Shown: in pieces, positions 26,850 through 35,942 of the stretch
Layout of the letters: every line of letters begins with the position of its first letter
How positions within the stretch are numbered: position 1 is the first letter of the stretch
UHGV virus genome: UHGV-0389734
Source of the DNA: a virus
Reading direction: 5' to 3' (one strand)
DNA: 40,726 bases
Translations under genes and position numbers: made by a program
The notes under the pieces: model-generated
The model's input: only the letters and a program-made list of their open reading frames with translations
Databases searched by the model: none
What the model was told of the DNA's origin: nothing

Positions 26850-28280
26850 TTATAATTCAATCACTGTCAGATCTTCTTCATCTGTTGTCCTTGTTGCAAT
26901 AAACTGTAATCCTTTATCTTTGCACTTCTGATACAGGTCTGTCCGCATTTTTGTAGACATTTTCTCCACTCCATCAATCAGGATGATCTGCAGTCCATTA
27001 GGCTTCTGAATCGCCACATCGATACACAGATCAAGTTTTTCTCCATCTGATAGATTACTGATTGGGAGTCCGTGAATCAGCGGAACACCGTTTACAACTG
27101 TAAGACCGGAAATCGGAATAGTTGCAGTTTCTAAGATTTCTCCCGGAAGAGACCGTGCCTTTTCGATTTTCTGCGTAAAATCTTCGGATTCTGCTTTTAA
27201 TCGCTCCACTTCGTTCTGTAGATCAACCATTCGACGATATTCATTCAAGTGGGATTTCATCTCTTCCGCATAAGATGCCTGATTCTGCAATTCCGAATAA
27301 TCCTGCACTTCTTTTTCTGACAATTCTTTATACTCTTCTACAGAGCTGTCATATTTCGCAACATTCGCTTCATATTCTTTTACGATCACTTCTGCTTTGT
27401 CCGCTTTTCTCTCTTCCATACCAGCAAGCATTGTTTGATTTTCTCTCAACTGAGCCTGCAGCCTTTCATTTTCTTTCAAAAGACGTTCGCGCTCTGCAGT
27501 AAACGACCTTTCCAATGCGGATAATTTAATCTCTTTATCCGCTTCAAATGATCGGACTTTGTTGTCCCTCTGCTCAATGAATCGCTTTGCTTTCTCAATC
27601 TGTTCATTTTCTTTTCTAATGCGCTCGATTTCCTGATACAGCTGTCCAAGATTTTCATTTTCCCATTTTTCTGCATCGTATCCAGACGGGATAGCATCTG
27701 CGATATCCTCAACAAATGATTTTTTATTCCGAATATCTCTATTCACATCCTGCCGATTCCTGTAATACATGCCGTTTTCCGACTGTATATCATTCAAAAC
27801 TTGTAAAATATTCTGATCGTAAGATACCCAATCTGGAATTTCACCAAACCATTCACGAATTGTCTGCAATGACCAGTCATACTGGATCATATCAAGCAAA
27901 ATTGCATTCTGCTCTTTTTCGGATTTCTCCATAAATTCAACTGGCGACAGCTGCAGTGGAGTAAAAATATCTTTCAAAAATGTTTCCGGACTCCCCACCT
28001 CATGACCGTTCTGCTTCACGCTCTTGTAATCCGCTTGATTCGTTCTTGCCTTCCGATTGATTCTCAATCCGTTATCTGTTTCAATCAGAATTTCCCCCTC
28101 TGTTTCTCCGTTTCTCACAACATACTTGCGATTTGACTTATTTGTAAGTGCGTACCGAATCGCATCAATCACGGAAGATTTGCCTGCTCCATTTGTTCCG
28201 GAAAGCTCTACACTCTTTCCGTCTCCTTCATATTCTGTAATTCCATAAAGATTTTTGATCTTAATTTTCGTAATTTTCAT
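26850..28280 (-). CDS. SMC/RecF-like AAA ATPase, 476 aa
   Basis: Walker A LSGTNGAGKSS, long central coiled coil, C-terminal D-loop region (LIDGVEKMS). Confidence 0.65.
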   Translation of the reverse strand: MKITKIKIKNLYGITEYEGDGKSVELSGTNGAGKSSVIDAIRYALTNKSNRKYVVRNGETEGEILIETDNGLRINRKARTNQADYKSVKQNGHEVGSPETFLKDIFTPLQLSPVEFMEKSEKEQNAILLDMIQYDWSLQTIREWFGEIPDWVSYDQNILQVLNDIQSENGMYYRNRQDVNRDIRNKKSFVEDIADAIPSGYDAEKWENENLGQLYQEIERIRKENEQIEKAKRFIEQRDNKVRSFEADKEIKLSALERSFTAERERLLKENERLQAQLRENQTMLAGMEERKADKAEVIVKEYEANVAKYDSSVEEYKELSEKEVQDYSELQNQASYAEEMKSHLNEYRRMVDLQNEVERLKAESEDFTQKIEKARSLPGEILETATIPISGLTVVNGVPLIHGLPISNLSDGEKLDLCIDVAIQKPNGLQIILIDGVEKMSTKMRTDLYQKCKDKGLQFIATRTTDEEDLTVIEL

Positions 28281-28366
28281 TTACAAACTTCTCCTTTTCG
28301 TCTACAATTTAAATGATTTAATTTCTTGAGTGCTCGAGGGTTGCCGCCCTGTGACAGCACTCATTT

Positions 28367-28555
28367 TTAATACCCAAACACCAACCACCACCCGATCACC
28401 GCCAGCACAAACCCGATCACAGCTGCTGCAACCTTGTGCCAGTAAGGCTTGTCCTCTTCTTCCGGCAGATCTACCGATACGGAGCGGATGTCCCAGCTGT
28501 TTAATGTGTTTGGATACTGGGTGGTGTCGCAGCGGTATGTTCCTTTTATTGTCAC
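28367..28555 (-). CDS. small membrane protein, 62 aa
   Basis: C-terminal transmembrane helix VAAAVIGFVLAVIGWWLVFGY. Confidence 0.35.
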   Translation of the reverse strand: MTIKGTYRCDTTQYPNTLNSWDIRSVSVDLPEEEDKPYWHKVAAAVIGFVLAVIGWWLVFGY

Positions 28556-28559
28556 TTCA

Positions 28560-28790
28560 TCACTCCCTTTCCAATCTTTCTATCACTTCTTCCCGGCTCA
28601 GTCTGAAGAACTCAGCCACTTCGGAAATAGTAGCTTCATAGTGTTTCTTTACTGCCCCGGTCTTCCGCACGACTCCAAATGTCCAGATGTTGTGTCTCAT
28701 GCGGTATCGTACTTCATTAACTGAACAACCGGTAATCTTTGCAATCTCTGCAGTTTTTAATGTTTCTTTTAACGCAATTGCAGTGTTCAT
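28560..28790 (-). CDS. small DNA-binding (HTH) protein, 76 aa
   Basis: AEIAKITGCSVNEVRYRMR helix-turn-helix-like segment. Confidence 0.4.
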   Translation of the reverse strand: MNTAIALKETLKTAEIAKITGCSVNEVRYRMRHNIWTFGVVRKTGAVKKHYEATISEVAEFFRLSREEVIERLERE

Positions 28791-28831
28791 GTTCTCACCT
28801 CACTTATGTATGCAGGTTGGATTGTCGTAAT

Positions 28832-29017
28832 TTATTTCTGGTCTGTTCCAAATCTATCAGCCATCATTTTCACAGCATCCTCGACAAGCTTAATACTCAT
28901 GTTGAACATCCTATCTACCTCGTTTTGAGTAACGCTCATGTATTCCCTTGTAATAATAATGCTTGTAACAGCAGAAACCATGATCGAGCAGATAACGCTT
29001 GCTATTACAATTTCCAT
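28832..29017 (-). CDS. small membrane protein, 61 aa
   Basis: N-terminal hydrophobic helix. Confidence 0.3.
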   Translation of the reverse strand: MEIVIASVICSIMVSAVTSIIITREYMSVTQNEVDRMFNMSIKLVEDAVKMMADRFGTDQK

Positions 29018-29018
29018 G

Positions 29019-29213
29019 TTAGTCCTCCAATTCTACAACCAGCACACCAATAATGGTTCGTATTGTTTTCACAGGTTTTTCCAAAAATTTAGGGTCTTCC
29101 ATCGAAATGCCTCCAGGTTCATATACATTTACTTCCGTCCCCATTCCAGTTTGGTATACAACTCTCACGGGTGCATCTTCTCCAATTACATTTGCCAAGT
29201 CCGCCAACCTCAA
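29019..29213 (-). CDS. hypothetical protein, 64 aa
   Basis: Small ORF in the early region. Confidence 0.3.
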   Translation of the reverse strand: MRLADLANVIGEDAPVRVVYQTGMGTEVNVYEPGGISMEDPKFLEKPVKTIRTIIGVLVVELED

Positions 29214-29410
29214 TCCAGATGGCTTGTCCGCCTTAATAGTTCCAACTTTGATATCGGACGGCTTATCGTCCTTACAACCCGAACATCCATATTTACTGTA
29301 AGTTCTGCGATATCATCTCTCTCTTTCTGTTCTAATTTGTATGATTTCACGCAGTTAAGTTTCTTGCCGTCTAAAAATAATCCATTGTCGATTTTTACGT
29401 TGCTAAACAT
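29210..29410 (-). CDS. hypothetical protein, 66 aa
   Basis: Small ORF coupled to its neighbours. Confidence 0.3.
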   Translation of the reverse strand: MFSNVKIDNGLFLDGKKLNCVKSYKLEQKERDDIAELTVNMDVRVVRTISRPISKLELLRRTSHLD

Positions 29411-29424
29411 TGTCTTTTTCCTCC

Positions 29425-29787
29425 TTATTTAAATTCTGACTGAAGTACTTCTATCTTCGGAATCAGTTCTTCCAGAGATTGACTTATCTCCTGATCAGTA
29501 CTCCGAGAATCCATGTAATAGTCATGAATAGTTGAATACTGTCTTGACATATTCACAACTGAAAATGAAGCAAAAATCACAAAGACAACAAGTGTTACAA
29601 GCAGACAGAGAGTCTTGTGTTTTAGGTTATCTACTTCTGTTTCAAGTCCTTCTACCTCTTTTTTTAACGCATCAAACTCGATTTGATCCATTCTCTGCGA
29701 TTGAGCATTGAACATCTTTCCTGTACGTTTTTCTGCTTCTTGAAATGAATCCATTCCCGGTGTTCCCGGACTTCCACTCCAACACAT
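29425..29787 (-). CDS. membrane-anchored coiled-coil protein, 120 aa
   Basis: AGGAGG RBS; coiled coil followed by a transmembrane helix (LCLLVTLVVFVIFASF). Confidence 0.4.
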   Translation of the reverse strand: MCWSGSPGTPGMDSFQEAEKRTGKMFNAQSQRMDQIEFDALKKEVEGLETEVDNLKHKTLCLLVTLVVFVIFASFSVVNMSRQYSTIHDYYMDSRSTDQEISQSLEELIPKIEVLQSEFK

Positions 29788-29808
29788 TTTCCTTTTCCTC
29801 CTTTTCTC

Positions 29809-30570
29809 CTATGCAACTCCGTATTTAATAGCCAACTCTTTTACGATAGCCGTATATCCCTCAATCAGCTTCTTATCATCAGCGATCACATCCAGATAAT
29901 TCAATTTGTCTCTTCTGGATTTGCAAACACCCTCATCTGCCATTCTTCTACGTTTGTTTGTGAGTCTCTGTTTCACATTCACTCCCATGCGTTTTTCTAA
30001 CAACTGATAGGATTCTGCTCTTACATCTTGATAGGACTTACTGTCTCCGCACTCCATACCGATTTTTCTCAAGATTCTTCCGGTATCTTCTCTCCATGAT
30101 GTTGTATCGATTGCAACGACCTCGCGGATGCTTTCAATCCGTTCTTCCACGTGCTCAAGTTTCTCTGCCTGACGCTTCTGCTCAATTTCCAAGTTAATCA
30201 TGACCTGCAACTGCGGTGAGAGTTCTTGTGTGGCAAGAGACGCCGTTTTGTATTTCTTTTCTACCTGAATGAAATATCTGCGTACTTGCTTTCCTTTTTC
30301 ATTCCGTTCAAGCATTGCCATTTCTTTGGCAGTATCCAGTTTGATGATATGGTCTTTTTTAGTCTGACCGGAAGGTGCCGAAAATTCGGCGGCTTGGAAA
30401 TCTTCATTTTCTACTGCGTCAATATCTAACAATCTCCTATCAATCCACTCTCTATATCTACTTTTAACTCCAAGAACCTCATGCAGTTCTGATCCGTATA
30501 CTACTTTTTCTCCTGTGCTTGTCTCGTATACTGGGACAAGTTCGTTTTCAATTACTGTTAAATTGTTCAC
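29809..30570 (-). CDS. phage antirepressor (Bro-N/ORF6N-type N-terminal domain with KilA-C-like C-terminal region), 253 aa
   Basis: N-terminal NELVPVYETSTGEKVVYGSELHEVLGVKSRYREWI is typical of antirepressor N-terminal domains. Lies next to the cro-like gene. Confidence 0.55.
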   Translation of the reverse strand: MNNLTVIENELVPVYETSTGEKVVYGSELHEVLGVKSRYREWIDRRLLDIDAVENEDFQAAEFSAPSGQTKKDHIIKLDTAKEMAMLERNEKGKQVRRYFIQVEKKYKTASLATQELSPQLQVMINLEIEQKRQAEKLEHVEERIESIREVVAIDTTSWREDTGRILRKIGMECGDSKSYQDVRAESYQLLEKRMGVNVKQRLTNKRRRMADEGVCKSRRDKLNYLDVIADDKKLIEGYTAIVKELAIKYGVA

Positions 30571-30580
30571 TGCTTCTCTC

Positions 30581-30781
30581 CTACTTTAATAATTCATCAA
30601 TAGTGCACCCTAGCACCTTTGCTACTTTGGACAAACTTCTTATTGTTGGACTCACTGTATTCCACTTATAAATACTTCCGGTAGAAACGCCAGCCTGACT
30701 TTCTAATAAATTGATGGAAATTCCTTTTTCTGCCGCTCTCTTAGATACCTTGTCGAAAATATTATTTTCCGTATCAATCAC
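30581..30781 (-). CDS. Cro-like XRE-family HTH regulator, 66 aa (GTG start)
   Basis: HTH ISINLLESQAGVSTGSIYKW. Divergent from the cI-like gene across the operator region. Confidence 0.6.
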   Translation of the reverse strand: MIDTENNIFDKVSKRAAEKGISINLLESQAGVSTGSIYKWNTVSPTIRSLSKVAKVLGCTIDELLK

Positions 30782-30791
30782 TCCTTTCTTT

Positions 30792-30993
30792 TTGATTAAG
30801 TTCTGAAAATATCACAATTTTATATTGACTAAGTTCTGAAAATATTCTATAATCTAGTTGTCAAGCAAAATTACAAAATAAATTCCAGCATTCTTATTAT
30901 CGCAATTTTTTTGCGATTTTTTCAGAACCCTATAATCACATTATACGCGATAATTTCAGAATGTCAAGGACTATTTTGCGATTTTTTCAGAAT
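30792..30993. promoter_or_regulatory. genetic-switch operator array: five palindromic TTC(A/T)GAA cores at 33-bp phasing
   Basis: TTCTGAA at 30801 and 30834; TTCAGAA at 30921, 30954 and 30987. Two 21-bp near-identical repeats at 30792-30812 and 30825-30845, and two 19-bp repeats at 30908-30926 and 30974-30992. Confidence 0.6.
30825..30853 (+). promoter_or_regulatory. sigma70-type promoter (-35 TTGACT, 17-bp spacer, -10 TATAAT) overlapping an operator repeat
   Basis: Perfect consensus hexamers at 30825-30830 and 30848-30853. Confidence 0.5.
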
Positions 30994-31011
30994 TTTGAAA
31001 GGAGTCTACAT

Positions 31012-31434
31012 ATGACACTGAGAGAACGCGTAAAACATCTGTGCAAAGAACATGGAATTTCAATGAATAAATTGGAAAACGAGCTTAATTTTGGAAAAGG
31101 GTACATAAGCAAATTAGGTTCAAGTCAACCAAATGTTAACAAGCTCCAGCAAATCGCTGATTACTTCAGCGTATCGTTGGATTATTTAATGTCTGGAGCA
31201 TCTAATGGTGATAATCCGTCATCACTCACGGTGAAAGATGAGCGCGATATTGCAAAAGATATGGAAAACATCAGAAATAAGTTGAAAAACAATGAAGAAG
31301 GTCCTGCTTCTTATGATGGTCAAGCTATTCCAGAAGAAGATATTGACTTGCTTCTTGGGCAAATCGAGCTGATGATGAGAAGATTAAAACCGATTAACAA
31401 AGAAAAGTACAACCCTAACAAAAATAAAAAGTAG
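31012..31434 (+). CDS. cI-like XRE-family repressor, 140 aa
   Basis: ATG at 31012 with AAAGGAG RBS (the track ORF starts further upstream without an RBS). N-terminal HTH LRERVKHLCKEHGISMNKLENELNFGKGYISKL. Confidence 0.7.
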   Translation: MTLRERVKHLCKEHGISMNKLENELNFGKGYISKLGSSQPNVNKLQQIADYFSVSLDYLMSGASNGDNPSSLTVKDERDIAKDMENIRNKLKNNEEGPASYDGQAIPEEDIDLLLGQIELMMRRLKPINKEKYNPNKNKK

Positions 31435-31878
31435 GTGTATAAATTGAGAACAAACGATATTAAGCGTTTAGTTGAATACTACATAAAGAAATTTAATACA
31501 AGAAATCCTTTTGAACTTGCAAACTGTTTAAATGTCGAAGTTCAATTAGGACCTTTGGGAAGTCGAGCTGGATGCTATATGTTTCTGAAAAATCACAAGT
31601 GCATTTTTCTGAATGAAGATTTGGAAGAACATGAGCTGAATCTTGTAATGGCTCACGAGTTAGCACACTCCATTCTTCACAGAAAAGAAAATTGCTACTT
31701 TATCAGAAACAAGACTCTTCTGTTATCTTCTACCAATGAAATAGAAGCGAATATTTTTGCAGCAGAACTTCTAATACCAGATTCTTTAATCTATGAGAAT
31801 CCGGGCATGACAAAAAGCCAGATTGCAAGGCTGGCCGGATATGATGAAAAGATTATGGATTTTAAAAAATTTAAATGA
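31435..31878 (+). CDS. ImmA/IrrE-family zinc metalloprotease, 147 aa
   Basis: HEXXH motif (AHELAHSILH). Immediately downstream of the repressor, the usual ImmR-ImmA arrangement. Confidence 0.7.
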   Translation: MYKLRTNDIKRLVEYYIKKFNTRNPFELANCLNVEVQLGPLGSRAGCYMFLKNHKCIFLNEDLEEHELNLVMAHELAHSILHRKENCYFIRNKTLLLSSTNEIEANIFAAELLIPDSLIYENPGMTKSQIARLAGYDEKIMDFKKFK

Positions 31879-31939
31879 TATAACCGCTATGGCGTTTATA
31901 TAAACTTAAGTGGTGTGAAGTACAAAAAAGGAGGAAAAT

Positions 31940-32995
31940 ATGGAGTTTATCGAATCTATCAAACAATTTTCGGAACGTGTATCTATGATAAAAGATACTG
32001 TATCCACTGAAGAAGCGACAAAAATGTCTTTAATCGTACCGCTGTTTCAAATACTTGGGTATGATGTATTTAATCCGTTAGAATTTTGTCCGGAATATAT
32101 CGCAGATGTTGGAATTAAAAAAGGGGAAAAGGTCGACTATGCGATTTTGGATAATGGAGAGCCAAGTATTTTAATTGAATGCAAAAGTTGTTCTGAACAG
32201 TTAGATAAACATTCTTCTCAACTTTTCAGATATTTTGGTACATCTCCAGCTAAATTCGGAATTTTAACAAATGGACTGGTATACAGATTTTACACTGACC
32301 TGGAAGAAGCAAACAAGATGGATTTAGTGCCATTTCTTGAAATCAATATGATCAACTTAAAAGATTCTTCTATTAATGAGTTGAGAAAATTCTGCAAAGA
32401 GAATTTTGACAAAGAAAAAATATTCAGCACAGCCGAAGAATTGAAGTATAGCTCTTTGATAAAAGGAGTTTTATCTGCTGAATTTGAAGCACCATCGGAG
32501 GAATTTGTAAGACTTGTGCTTACAAACATATATGACGGACAAAAAAATCAGAGGGTAATCGAAAAATTTACTCCTGTTGTAAAAAGAGCGTTCTCTTCAT
32601 TTGTCAATGAGATTGTCAATAACAAAATATCTTCAGCTCTTACAAAAGACAGCGAGGATGTAAAAAACGAGACTGAAGAACTGCCGGAAGAACCAGTGTC
32701 AAAAATTGTAACTACAGAAGAAGAGATTGAAGCATTTTATATTATAAGGGGAATGCTTGCCGGATCAGTAGATGTTAATGATATTGTTCACAGAGATACA
32801 GAAAGTTATTTCGGCATTTTATATAAAGATAATAATAGAAAGCCTATCTGTAGGATAAATCTCGATAAGAAGAATAAGCAAGTATTCATTCCTGATGAAA
32901 ATAAAAAAATGGAGCGTTTTTACATAGAAACACTAAATGATCTATATAAGTATCGCGATCAGCTGATTGCAGTTGTAAAGCGATATATGGAGTAA
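31940..32995 (+). CDS. standalone HsdR_N-like (type I restriction R-subunit N-terminal PD-(D/E)xK) domain protein, 351 aa
   Basis: ATKMSLIVPLFQILGYDV...KVDYAILDNGEPSILIECKS...GILTNGLVYRFY matches the HsdR_N domain pattern (Asp, Glu-x-Lys, TNG motif). AAGGAGG RBS. Confidence 0.55.
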   Translation: MEFIESIKQFSERVSMIKDTVSTEEATKMSLIVPLFQILGYDVFNPLEFCPEYIADVGIKKGEKVDYAILDNGEPSILIECKSCSEQLDKHSSQLFRYFGTSPAKFGILTNGLVYRFYTDLEEANKMDLVPFLEINMINLKDSSINELRKFCKENFDKEKIFSTAEELKYSSLIKGVLSAEFEAPSEEFVRLVLTNIYDGQKNQRVIEKFTPVVKRAFSSFVNEIVNNKISSALTKDSEDVKNETEELPEEPVSKIVTTEEEIEAFYIIRGMLAGSVDVNDIVHRDTESYFGILYKDNNRKPICRINLDKKNKQVFIPDENKKMERFYIETLNDLYKYRDQLIAVVKRYME

Positions 32996-33044
32996 TATGA
33001 CTGCACTACAAAATAACGAGAAATACAGGAGAAAAGAGGAATTT

Positions 33045-33536
33045 ATGAAAAAGAAAATTGCAACCATGCTGTTGATTGGAACTATGGCGTTGTCCATGAC
33101 AGCGTGTGGCGGAGATAAAGAGCCAGAAAAAGAGAATGCTGCGAAAACAGAGGCTACGGAAAAAGAACCGGAAGTCGAAGTGACATATCAAAGCATTCTC
33201 GATGATTATACAAAGAAGATTGCTGACGCGACTCCGGGACTTGTGGAAGAATATAATAACGAAGCAGCTCCGATTGCCGGAGACTTAAATGCACTTGCTG
33301 AATTATCAAATAGCAAGGTTGAAAAACTGGCCGAGATTTCTAATCAGGGCGTTTCCGAAATGGCTACGCTAATGCAGAAGAATGGGGACGAGTACAGTGT
33401 TTACGAAGAATGGTCATTGAAATTAACTGACGTATACACCCAATACGCAAAGCAGATCACTGACGCATACACTTCTTCCGCTGCCGGCATGAGTACGGAA
33501 GACCTGATGAATTCTCTTGATTCTTTAGGACAATAA
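33045..33536 (+). CDS. lipoprotein (signal peptide plus lipobox), 163 aa
   Basis: ATG at 33045 with AGGAG RBS. MKKKIATMLLIGTMALSMTAC-GG is a signal peptide ending in a lipobox-like Cys. The mature part is acidic and helical. Confidence 0.55.
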   Translation: MKKKIATMLLIGTMALSMTACGGDKEPEKENAAKTEATEKEPEVEVTYQSILDDYTKKIADATPGLVEEYNNEAAPIAGDLNALAELSNSKVEKLAEISNQGVSEMATLMQKNGDEYSVYEEWSLKLTDVYTQYAKQITDAYTSSAAGMSTEDLMNSLDSLGQ

Positions 33537-33698
33537 AATACCGCCCCAGTGCTACCAACACTGAGACGGTCCACATACCCGAAGATATGCAATCTGAAGC
33601 CAAGAATATTGTATCATCTTCGGAGCAGCTACACAATCCAGAACATTCGTTCATGTGCTGGCTGTTATTTTTATACTAAAATTTAAGGAGATGATGAT

Positions 33699-34853
33699 AT
33701 GGCCAAAAGAAAAAAGCATCCTCGTTTGCCCAATGGTTACGGTCAGATACGCTTCCTTGGTAAGAATCGCCGCAATCCTTACGGCGTTTACCCGCCAGCT
33801 AAAGAAGAATACGAAAACGGGCAAATGAAGCCACAGAAAGCAATATGCTATGTTTCTGACTGGATGATCGGCTTTGCAGTTCTTACAGCATACAAAGCCG
33901 GCACCTATACTCCCGGCATGGAAAATGATATCCAGGTGGATGACAAAAAGAATGCGGAGGATTTTATCCAGTCTCTGCTTGCAAATTATAATCAGGTGCA
34001 AGGAATTAAAGCAAAGGAAGAGCCGCAATTAACATTTGCGGAAGTATTTCGTAAATTCAACGTCAAGAAGTTTGGACATGAATACGATGCAAAAAAAGTA
34101 AAACGTACCAGCTTGGAATATACGCTACGCGCAGGATTCAAGAACTCTGCTGCCCTACACAACAGAATTTTCGCAGAGCTTGTTACAGACGATCTGCAGG
34201 AAGTAATGGACGCTTGTCCACTCAGACACGCCAGTATAGAACACATCAAAAATCTATACTACCACATGTACAAGTATGCTATGGCAAATAACCTGTGTAC
34301 AAAAGATTATTCGTCCTATGTCGAAATCACGCAAGATGATGATGATGAACACGGAATTCCATTTACTGATGAAGATTTGAAGAAATTGTGGGAAACAAAA
34401 GAAAATGAAGCGTCTGAGATGATCTTGATCATGTGCTACTCCGGCTTTCGGATATCGGAATATAAGACTTTAGAAGTGAATTTGAAAGAACGTTATTTTT
34501 TCGGTGGAATAAAAACAGATGCTGGGAAAAATAGAACCGTTCCTATTTATTCGGGTATTTTTGACCTTGTGAAACACCGGATGAAAACACATGGAGCGCT
34601 CCTGCCTGACAAAATCGATATATTCCGGGACAAGATGTATACTCAACTGTCCACACTTGGAATTGAAAAGCATACTCCGCATGATTGCCGGCACACATTT
34701 TCAAAATTGTGCGAAAAATATAAAGTCGCGGAGAATGATCGAAAAAGAATGCTTGGACATAAGATAGGTGATATCACGAATGACACCTATGGCCACCGAA
34801 CACTGGAAGATTTAAGAAAAGAGATTGAAAAAATAGAAATGGATTTGTTGTAA
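33699..34853 (+). CDS. int: tyrosine site-specific integrase, 384 aa
   Basis: AAGGAG RBS. C-terminal catalytic HDCRHTFSKL ... LGH ... Y signature. Confidence 0.8.
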   Translation: MAKRKKHPRLPNGYGQIRFLGKNRRNPYGVYPPAKEEYENGQMKPQKAICYVSDWMIGFAVLTAYKAGTYTPGMENDIQVDDKKNAEDFIQSLLANYNQVQGIKAKEEPQLTFAEVFRKFNVKKFGHEYDAKKVKRTSLEYTLRAGFKNSAALHNRIFAELVTDDLQEVMDACPLRHASIEHIKNLYYHMYKYAMANNLCTKDYSSYVEITQDDDDEHGIPFTDEDLKKLWETKENEASEMILIMCYSGFRISEYKTLEVNLKERYFFGGIKTDAGKNRTVPIYSGIFDLVKHRMKTHGALLPDKIDIFRDKMYTQLSTLGIEKHTPHDCRHTFSKLCEKYKVAENDRKRMLGHKIGDITNDTYGHRTLEDLRKEIEKIEMDLL

Positions 34854-35135
34854 GTGTGTTGTAAACGGTTCGATTATTCTACTCAAAAATCATTTCTTTC
34901 AGATTGCATTTTATGCGCCAGAAAGCCCGTGGTTGACACGTTTTTTGAAGTTTTTGTGTCAACCACAGGAATCTTTGAAAATCCTTAAACATTAGGAAAT
35001 CTTAAAGTTTCTGAACGGTTTTACGGGCTTTGTCGGCATTTTTGTTGTAAGTGTGTTGTAAATAGAATGTTTTTATTCAATAAGATTGATACAATATTCA
35101 TCCCCTCAGAGAGCTGATCTCCGAGGGGATTTTTA
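34844..35135. other. attP-like region between the int and endolysin genes
   Basis: Perfect 22-bp direct repeat TTTGTTGTAAGTGTGTTGTAAA at 34844-34865 and 35041-35062. 11-bp inverted repeat GTGGTTGACAC/GTGTCAACCAC at 34929-34939 and 34956-34966. 9-bp inverted repeat AAAGCCCGT/ACGGGCTTT. Confidence 0.5.
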
Positions 35136-35136
35136 T
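35101..35136. terminator. hairpin plus T-run terminator between the endolysin and int transcription units (bidirectional-looking)
   Basis: CCCCTCAGAG-agctgat-CTCCGAGGGG followed by ATTTTTATT on the plus strand; A-run on the other side. Confidence 0.5.
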
Positions 35137-35942
35137 TAAATAGATGTGGTCTCTTTACTGTAAATTACCGACATGAGCCTTGCATACCATGGCGCTTTAG
35201 GACTCCACTTGTAACACGGAATGTCCTTACCATTGTTGTCCTTGTAAATCTTCTGGATGATTTTTAATTCGTCTGGATGACCCAATGTTATTACTTTTTG
35301 ACCGTCAAAATAATACACTGCACCTTTTCCCTCTACTGTAAATAAACATTTCATCTCTTCTTCTCCTTCCTGTTCGATTCCTGTATTCTGGTTATTTTTT
35401 TGTTCGCTGCATGCAGACGCTCTACTGTCAATCGCCTTTGCAATCAGCTCCGCAATTCCTTTTGTACCTAAATTTCGATATCTGGCCACATCACCTGTGC
35501 CAGTGCAGAATAATGTCTCCACGATCATGCCAGGCATATTAGATACATTCAGATCATGGTATCCCGAACTGTACTTTACACCACGGTTAGCAAATCCTTT
35601 ATTTGCGAAATTCTGGCAGATATTGCTTGCGATCGTGTTCATTGTCTGGTTAGATGCATCGTATAACCACACCTCTGTACCGCCAGCTGATTCCGCTCCT
35701 GCCGCATTCATGTGCAAGGTGACATAGATATCGCACCCCGCACTATTCGCCTTATTTGTTCCGTCAGATAACTCGCTGGACACATTGGATGCATTGGAAT
35801 TACAATCAACCACAGTATGACCGACTGCCTGTAGCATTGGTACAAGCTCATTGTAGATCTTCCGTACTTCTGCCTGCTCATCGATCAGACCGATTGCACC
35901 TTTACAATTTGGGGAATGCCCTCCCCTTAAGCCAATTTTCAT
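35136..35942 (-). CDS. endolysin: N-acetylmuramoyl-L-alanine amidase (Amidase_3/CwlA-like) with C-terminal binding domain, 268 aa
   Basis: MKIGLRGGHSPNCKGAIGL ... DIYVTLHMNAAG is typical of Amidase_3. Lies downstream of the holin gene. Confidence 0.75.
   Translation of the reverse strand: MKIGLRGGHSPNCKGAIGLIDEQAEVRKIYNELVPMLQAVGHTVVDCNSNASNVSSELSDGTNKANSAGCDIYVTLHMNAAGAESAGGTEVWLYDASNQTMNTIASNICQNFANKGFANRGVKYSSGYHDLNVSNMPGMIVETLFCTGTGDVARYRNLGTKGIAELIAKAIDSRASACSEQKNNQNTGIEQEGEEEMKCLFTVEGKGAVYYFDGQKVITLGHPDELKIIQKIYKDNNGKDIPCYKWSPKAPWYARLMSVIYSKETTSI

Noticed and set aside
26194-26931. 245-aa plus-strand ORF antisense to the RecT-like gene; similar cases at 21283-21954 and 12280-12846
   Set aside because: Shadow ORFs opposite well-supported genes. 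They are Cys/Phe/Leu-rich as expected from antisense translation.
28281-28366. Plus-strand hairpin (GAGTGCT...AGCACTC) followed by ATTTTT, read as a terminator
   Set aside because: All surrounding genes are on the minus strand, where the element lacks a T-run. Possibly an antisense terminator, but not supportable.
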